60,372 bases of DNA, taken from contig JBOFUV010000106.1 of assembly GCA_051652765.1 (NCBI GenBank), positions 1 to 60,372 on the forward strand, written 5' to 3'. Below the pieces are notes generated by a model that saw only the letters and a program-made list of their open reading frames with translations, searched no databases and was not told the DNA's origin. The stretch's first letter is position 1. Each line of letters begins with the position of its first letter. A program made the position numbers and the translations under genes. This stretch comes from Microcoleaceae cyanobacterium. Its GTDB lineage: Bacteria; Cyanobacteriota; Cyanobacteriia; Cyanobacteriales; Microcoleaceae. Positions 55,162 to 60,372 of the stretch are shown here, in pieces.

Positions 55162-57993
55162 TCAAGGTTCACCCGGTAACAACGGTAAGATTAAGCGACT
55201 CATGAACTGTCCAGTCTCCAGTTGTTGTAGGTGTAACTGCCCTCCTGTCCAGTGAATTAATCCTTGGCAAAGCCTGAGTAAATTTTGGGCAGAGATCCCT
55301 TCTGTTTCGGATGGAGCAGTGAAGTGCTGATCCTGGAGAACAGGGGTTAAAGGCAAGGTCGAAGCTAAGGTCGAGGGGAGTCGGACTGTGCCTGGGTGAG
55401 TAATCTTGAGTTCAAACTGTTGATTATTAAGGGCGACTACATCAACTCGGACAATTTCGGTGGGCTGCGATCGCTCACAGGCCAGTTTGAGTAACTCATA
55501 CACGACCAGTTCCAGTTTGAAGCGATCGCCAATCATATCCAGTCGGTTTTTTTGATGAATTTGCAATAACACCTGGCGAGCTTTTACCAGGGGTTGCAGG
55601 CGATTCCGAATCTGTCGCAACAACTTGTCTGTATGAATCACGTCTTGAGAATTGTGAAGTTGCCACTGTTCCCGTTCCAGCAGGTTTGAGGTTGAACTCA
55701 AGGTTTGGTTAATTTGGCGCAACAGTTGTTGATAGCGAAGCTGGGCAATTTGCTGTTGATGGGGGTCAGTGGCACAAAAGAGTAACTGTTCTAGCTCTTG
55801 TAAGTCCTCTAAACGCTTTTCCAAAGTGCAGTGCAGATTTTTGATCCGAGATTGCTTGTACCAGTTCAGTTGCTCTAGGGTAATGTGTTGAGCCTGGGCC
55901 ATATTCAGGGACGTTGACACTTGCCGCTGCCAAGCCAATTGTTGTACGAACTCCAGCATGAGTTTGAGGGAGATCGGATCAGCAAGGTCTTGTCCCGGAT
56001 TCGCAATGATGACTGCCCCCACCGGAGGTTGATTACTTTGAGCTTTTAAGGGAATCAGGATAATCTGCTTCAGTTTGGGGAGATTGAACCACTGTCGGGT
56101 TTGTTCGGTCAATTCCTGAGGACTGATCCAAATTAGGCCGTTGGCGTTGATCACCCGCTGAATCAGGGGGTCATCTGCCTTGAGAGTTGCTAGATTTGGC
56201 CTAGATTTGAACGTTTCTTCCTGCCGATCAAACCAGACAACTCGACTTTGGAGGTTGAGATCTAGCCCCGTGATTAGTGCGACCCAAGGACTATGTAGCA
56301 CTTGGGCAAGTTGCTGAATAAAGTGCCACTCTAGTTCGTCAATCTGTTGAGTCTGCTGCCAAAACTCCCAACTCGCCGCGATCGCATCGGTGAGCTTTTG
56401 ATGCAGCAGGTTCCGTTGATGATCCTGTTGTTGCTTTAGGCTGATGCCAAGGTGTTGACTGACCATTTTAATCAATTCCTGCTCTCGCTGAGTCCAGCTT
56501 CGGGCAATCTCATGGCCCACAACCAAAAGGGTATAAGGCTCAGACTCCATCCGACAGACTAGGAGTGACCGGATTCCTAGAGATTCTAAGGGCTGTCTCC
56601 AAGCTTGGAACGGCTTGCGTTCATCCCAAGTTTCTAAGGCGATCACCCTAGATCGTTGTAGTCTCTGATCCTCTGAATGGGTCGGAACTGGAAGCGCATG
56701 GGTCACTAACCGACGGTTGGCGGGTTGGTGTTGATACAAAACATGAAGGCGGCGAGGGTGATTGAATGTCGCTTTCAAAAGCAAGCAACGGGCAACATGC
56801 AAATGCTGGCAGAGGGCGTTCACAATTTTGGGAACCACAATTTCGCCTTGATTGGCGGCCAGAATCAGTTGGGCAACTTGAGTCATAAAGGCACAATCTT
56901 GTTCAGTTTGTTGCAGACTGGTGTCTAGCTCAGACAAAGGTGCAGTAATCCCCAACAATTGAGCAATATCCTGAAGAAAGGTTTTCTCCGCCGTTTGCCA
57001 AATGCGAGGCTGCTGGCTCTCCACAGCAATAAAACCCAGTAGACCTTGGTGGGATTGAATGGGAGCCGCCAGGATTGATCGAATTCGGAGCTTTTCAAGC
57101 AAGCATTCGGTCGTCTCCAAGGTCAGGGAACTTTGGGCTTCACCAATACTAACGAGTTTGTCGGTGATCAGCCCTTGGTAAAATTCCTCCAAGTCTTGCA
57201 AGATCAATCCCGAGCTGGGTCGATTAGAAGGGAGTTCTGGAATTTTCCTGGAATTCCCAATCCGTCGCCAAAAAAAGTGTCCTTCTGGCTGATACCAATA
57301 AACACTGGTACGACTGGGTTCTAGAAACTGTTGGGCAGCTTCGGCAACGTGCTCTAGATAGGAGTCAAAAAAGGAGTGGACTTCAGTGGCAGCCGGAAGA
57401 AATTGGGAGACAAGTCTCAGAATCAGTTGATTCGGGTGATTATTTCGATGGTGTTGCCAATCACTTTCAATATGGTGAAGGGCCGTTGCCAAGGCTCTAA
57501 AAATAATCGTCAGCCTTTCCCGGTCTTTTGGTTTTAGCAACCGTTTGGCTAGGGTTGAACCCAAGAGCACCACACCGTAGCATTGATCGCGGTATTGCAA
57601 GGGAAACAGGCCAACCTGCTGAATGTTGAATGCTTGTCCAATCTTTCGCCACTGACCCACCCAACGGTCTGTCTGTAAATCTGTAATCTCCACAAGACAT
57701 TGCTGGATTACCACCTGCTCCAGATAACTTCCCCCCGGCAGTTGAAATTTCTGAAACAAAAATTCCTGCTCTCCAGTGGGAGTCACTCCCCCTTTCCCAA
57801 TTAATTGATGGGTCAGTCGATCATACAAACCAATCCAAATCAACGGCATATTCAATCGTTGATGCAGGTAGGCAACGGTAACCTCCAGTAAAACATCAGC
57901 ATTTTCTTCCTCCTGAATCCTCTGGAGCAATTGTCCTAGTGTCATTCCAGTTGGACTGGCAACTCCGGCAGCATTCGTCTGTAGTTGACCCAT
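55162..57993 (-). CDS. Multi-GAF domain protein with a degenerate histidine-kinase-like C-terminus
   Basis: Repeated GAF signatures (IRSILAAPI..LLGFIAVE..PRIW; IRSLLV..RSWT..E); C-terminal GDRFKLELVVYELL resembles a HATPase N-box helix. Confidence 0.8.
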   Translation of the reverse strand: MGQLQTNAAGVASPTGMTLGQLLQRIQEEENADVLLEVTVAYLHQRLNMPLIWIGLYDRLTHQLIGKGGVTPTGEQEFLFQKFQLPGGSYLEQVVIQQCLVEITDLQTDRWVGQWRKIGQAFNIQQVGLFPLQYRDQCYGVVLLGSTLAKRLLKPKDRERLTIIFRALATALHHIESDWQHHRNNHPNQLILRLVSQFLPAATEVHSFFDSYLEHVAEAAQQFLEPSRTSVYWYQPEGHFFWRRIGNSRKIPELPSNRPSSGLILQDLEEFYQGLITDKLVSIGEAQSSLTLETTECLLEKLRIRSILAAPIQSHQGLLGFIAVESQQPRIWQTAEKTFLQDIAQLLGITAPLSELDTSLQQTEQDCAFMTQVAQLILAANQGEIVVPKIVNALCQHLHVARCLLLKATFNHPRRLHVLYQHQPANRRLVTHALPVPTHSEDQRLQRSRVIALETWDERKPFQAWRQPLESLGIRSLLVCRMESEPYTLLVVGHEIARSWTQREQELIKMVSQHLGISLKQQQDHQRNLLHQKLTDAIAASWEFWQQTQQIDELEWHFIQQLAQVLHSPWVALITGLDLNLQSRVVWFDRQEETFKSRPNLATLKADDPLIQRVINANGLIWISPQELTEQTRQWFNLPKLKQIILIPLKAQSNQPPVGAVIIANPGQDLADPISLKLMLEFVQQLAWQRQVSTSLNMAQAQHITLEQLNWYKQSRIKNLHCTLEKRLEDLQELEQLLFCATDPHQQQIAQLRYQQLLRQINQTLSSTSNLLEREQWQLHNSQDVIHTDKLLRQIRNRLQPLVKARQVLLQIHQKNRLDMIGDRFKLELVVYELLKLACERSQPTEIVRVDVVALNNQQFELKITHPGTVRLPSTLASTLPLTPVLQDQHFTAPSETEGISAQNLLRLCQGLIHWTGGQLHLQQLETGQFMSRLILPLLPGEP

Positions 57994-58280
57994 GTTGAAA
58001 CCCCTAACATTCTAAAAGTTACCGTTCACTGTTACCCGTTCACTGTTGCTGTTCACTGGGAATCGTTTTAGCGTTTCAACCTCAGTTCAGTGGGTGAACA
58101 GTCACCAACCGTTGTTGGAGTGGAAGATTGAAGAGAGTTCTGTGAATCTGACTGGCGATCGATCTTTGCGTCTATCCGGTTGGGGAACCTGGGGAAGGGG
58201 AACCTGGGGAACATGGGTTGATAATCTGGAGTGTTCGTGGCACAGTTTAGGCATGGTGATCACGTCTTAAGGACAATCTT

Positions 58281-59435
58281 TTGGATCTCTATCGCGAGGG
58301 GATACGACCTATTCTATTTTCTGGGTTGAACCTTGATCCAGAGTGGACACACCATCACACCCTTCAACTACTCAGTTGGATTGATCAACAAAAATCTCAT
58401 GGACTGCTGAATAGAGTCGTGAGTCGGATTGCTTTATCCTTTAGTTTGGCAGATCTGCGCTTACAGCAAACCCTCTGGAGCCTGAACTTTCCCAATCCCG
58501 TGGGTTTGGCGGCAGGATTTGACAAAGATGGGTTAGCTGCTGGGTTATGGGGCAATTTAGGCTTTGGATTTGCTGAACTCGGAACGGTTACTTGTCACCC
58601 CCAGCCCGGAAACCCCCAGCCCCGACTATTTCGTTTGCTAGAAGACAAAGCAGTTTTGAACCGGATGGGCTTCAACAATCAAGGGGCCGCCGCTTTGGCC
58701 CAACGCTTACAACGGGCTAAAGGACAGAGGTTGGATCAGGGGTTGAGTCAAGGGTTTGGAGTTCCGATCGGGATTAACCTGGGCAAATCAAAGATTACGC
58801 CCCTGGAACATGCGGCTGATGACTACCTCGAGAGTTTTCAACGGTTGCAGGATTGGGGAGATTATTTTGTGATTAACGTCTCTTCCCCGAATACTCCGGG
58901 ATTGCGATCGCTCCAAGACGTTGATCAACTCAGTAAAATTTTTGACCGTTTACAACAGGCTAATCTAAGTCATAAACCTGTTCTCGTTAAAATCGCACCA
59001 GACTTAACCGATGAAGCTATTATTGACATCCTGGAACTGACTCAGAAGTTTGACCTAGCTGGGATTATTGCCACAAATACCACCATTCGACGCGAAGGCT
59101 TAACCCCTCAAATCATCGCCAAAACAGGCAAATCGGTGGCAGAAGAAGCTGGCGGAATCAGTGGCGCACCCCTGCGACAACGCTCTACCGAAGTCATTCG
59201 GTTGATTTGGCAGCAGACTCAAGGACAACTGCCGATTATTGGAGTAGGTGGAATTTTTACCGCCGCAGATGCTTGGGAAAAAATTACGGCTGGTGCGAGC
59301 TTAATTCAAGTTTATACAGGATGGGTTTACGAAGGCCCCTGGATGGTCAAACGGATTCTCGGTGGAATCTTACAAAAATTGCAGGAAAATCAACTGCCCT
59401 CGATTACAGCCGCAGTAGGCTCAGCCAACAGTTAG
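58281..59435 (+). CDS. pyrD: Dihydroorotate dehydrogenase (quinone, class 2)
   Basis: [54 protein letters not shown] start. Confidence 0.97.
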   Translation: MDLYREGIRPILFSGLNLDPEWTHHHTLQLLSWIDQQKSHGLLNRVVSRIALSFSLADLRLQQTLWSLNFPNPVGLAAGFDKDGLAAGLWGNLGFGFAELGTVTCHPQPGNPQPRLFRLLEDKAVLNRMGFNNQGAAALAQRLQRAKGQRLDQGLSQGFGVPIGINLGKSKITPLEHAADDYLESFQRLQDWGDYFVINVSSPNTPGLRSLQDVDQLSKIFDRLQQANLSHKPVLVKIAPDLTDEAIIDILELTQKFDLAGIIATNTTIRREGLTPQIIAKTGKSVAEEAGGISGAPLRQRSTEVIRLIWQQTQGQLPIIGVGGIFTAADAWEKITAGASLIQVYTGWVYEGPWMVKRILGGILQKLQENQLPSITAAVGSANS

Positions 59436-59494
59436 AGACTGGAAACATGGGATAATGATCAAATTAACAATTGTTTAAGGTTCAATTTGTAGTT

Positions 59495-59830
59495 ATGGCA
59501 AAGATTCAATTTTCCCGAGGAATGAATGAAACCGTGATTCCTGATGTGCGTCTCACCCGTTCACAGGATGGTAGCCAGGGAACAGCCCAGTTCTATTTTG
59601 ATAAACCAGATGCCTTGGCCGAGGGGTTTGCCGAGGAGATTACTGGGATGTACCTGATCGATGACGAAGGAGAGCTTTCAACCTTTGATGTCAAAGCAAA
59701 GTTTGTCAATGGTAAGCCTGAGGTGATTGAAGCAAAGTATTTGATGCGGAGTTCAGAAGAATGGGATCGGTTCATTCGATTTATGGATCGATACGGGGAA
59801 CAAAATGGTCTTGGATTTAATAAGTCCTAA
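59495..59830 (+). CDS. psb28: Photosystem II reaction centre assembly protein Psb28
   Basis: [45 protein letters not shown]. Confidence 0.96.
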   Translation: MAKIQFSRGMNETVIPDVRLTRSQDGSQGTAQFYFDKPDALAEGFAEEITGMYLIDDEGELSTFDVKAKFVNGKPEVIEAKYLMRSSEEWDRFIRFMDRYGEQNGLGFNKS

Positions 59831-59926
59831 AATTCCTAATTTTTGTCAAATTTCTTGCTGTCAAATTTCTCTCAAATTTTTGTCAACAGAATCAGGGTGC
59901 GGCCCTGTCCGCCCCAAATTTCTACA

Positions 59927-60372
59927 ATGATGAATCCTGAAATTCCCCATCCTGATCAAGCCCAACTTTCAATTCATTGCGCTGCAATTACAGTCAGCGA
60001 TACCCGCACCTTTGAAACTGACAACAGTGGTCAACTGATTCAAATGCTGCTTCAAAGTTCGGGTCATCAGATTCAGGACTATCAGATTTTAAGGGACGAT
60101 CCAGCAACCATTCGAGCGAAAGTGATCAGCCTTTGTCAACACTCCGAAATTCAAGTGATCATCATCAATGGTGGCACAGGAATTGCCCCTAGGGATACAA
60201 CCTACGACGCGATCGCTGGAATTCTGGAGAAAACCCTGCCCGGATTTGGGGAGCTGTTCCGTTCCCTCAGCTATGCCGAAATCGGTTCACGGGCGATCGC
60301 CTCTCGAGCTGTAGCCGGGGTTTGTCAAGGAAAGCTGATTTTTTCGCTTCCCGGTTCGAGCAGTGCCGTTCG
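59927..60372 (+). CDS. moaB: Molybdenum cofactor biosynthesis protein, MoaB/MogA family; truncated by the window end
   Basis: Hand translation: MMNPEIPHPD...AITVSDTRTFETDNSG...NGGTGIAPRDTT...KTLPGFGELFR...SRAVAG...LPGS. Confidence 0.92.
   Translation, partial: MMNPEIPHPDQAQLSIHCAAITVSDTRTFETDNSGQLIQMLLQSSGHQIQDYQILRDDPATIRAKVISLCQHSEIQVIIINGGTGIAPRDTTYDAIAGILEKTLPGFGELFRSLSYAEIGSRAIASRAVAGVCQGKLIFSLPGSSSAV

Larger units (their letters stand above)
1180..60300. repeat. Dispersed HIP1 octamers (GCGATCGC)
   Basis: Many copies seen, e.g. near 1180, 1828, 4229, 4843, 5075, 8657, 14894, 29355 and 60293; hallmark of cyanobacterial DNA. Confidence 0.9.

Noticed and set aside
58046..58270. 74-aa ORF upstream of pyrD
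   Set aside because: Built partly from short tandem repeats (TGGGGAACC); TTG start; no family signal

Overview
Chromosomal window from a cyanobacterium: it carries psbA, psb28, a cyAbrB regulator, urtABCDE with a canonical NtcA promoter, and many HIP1 (GCGATCGC) octamers. Housekeeping genes include an M16 peptidase pair, ddl, sfsA, an aldehyde dehydrogenase, ftsY, a PP2C phosphatase, pyrD, psb28 and a partial moaB. Accessory modules: (i) a 12.4 kb glyco-locus, where a divergent OmpR-type two-component pair faces four glycosyltransferases, an ABC exporter, a histidine phosphatase and an SLH porin; (ii) a urea transporter whose UrtD carries a C-terminal TerB-like fusion; (iii) a five-gene phosphorelay bounded by two REC-GGDEF cyclases; (iv) an atypical sigma-70-like HTH gene paired with a DUF1822-type gene; (v) a vanadium haloperoxidase-type gene with N-terminal repeats; (vi) an orphan DUF5682-VWA (YehM/YehP-like) fusion. 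Intergenic DNA holds ~100-150 bp TIR-bounded MITE/REP-like elements (one supplies a gene's stop codon), a separate MITE behind psbA, many 11-15 bp tandem repeats, and a 57-aa ORF missed by the ORF track. No rRNA, tRNA, CRISPR array or transposase was seen. Family assignments come from recognising motifs by eye; no database search was run.
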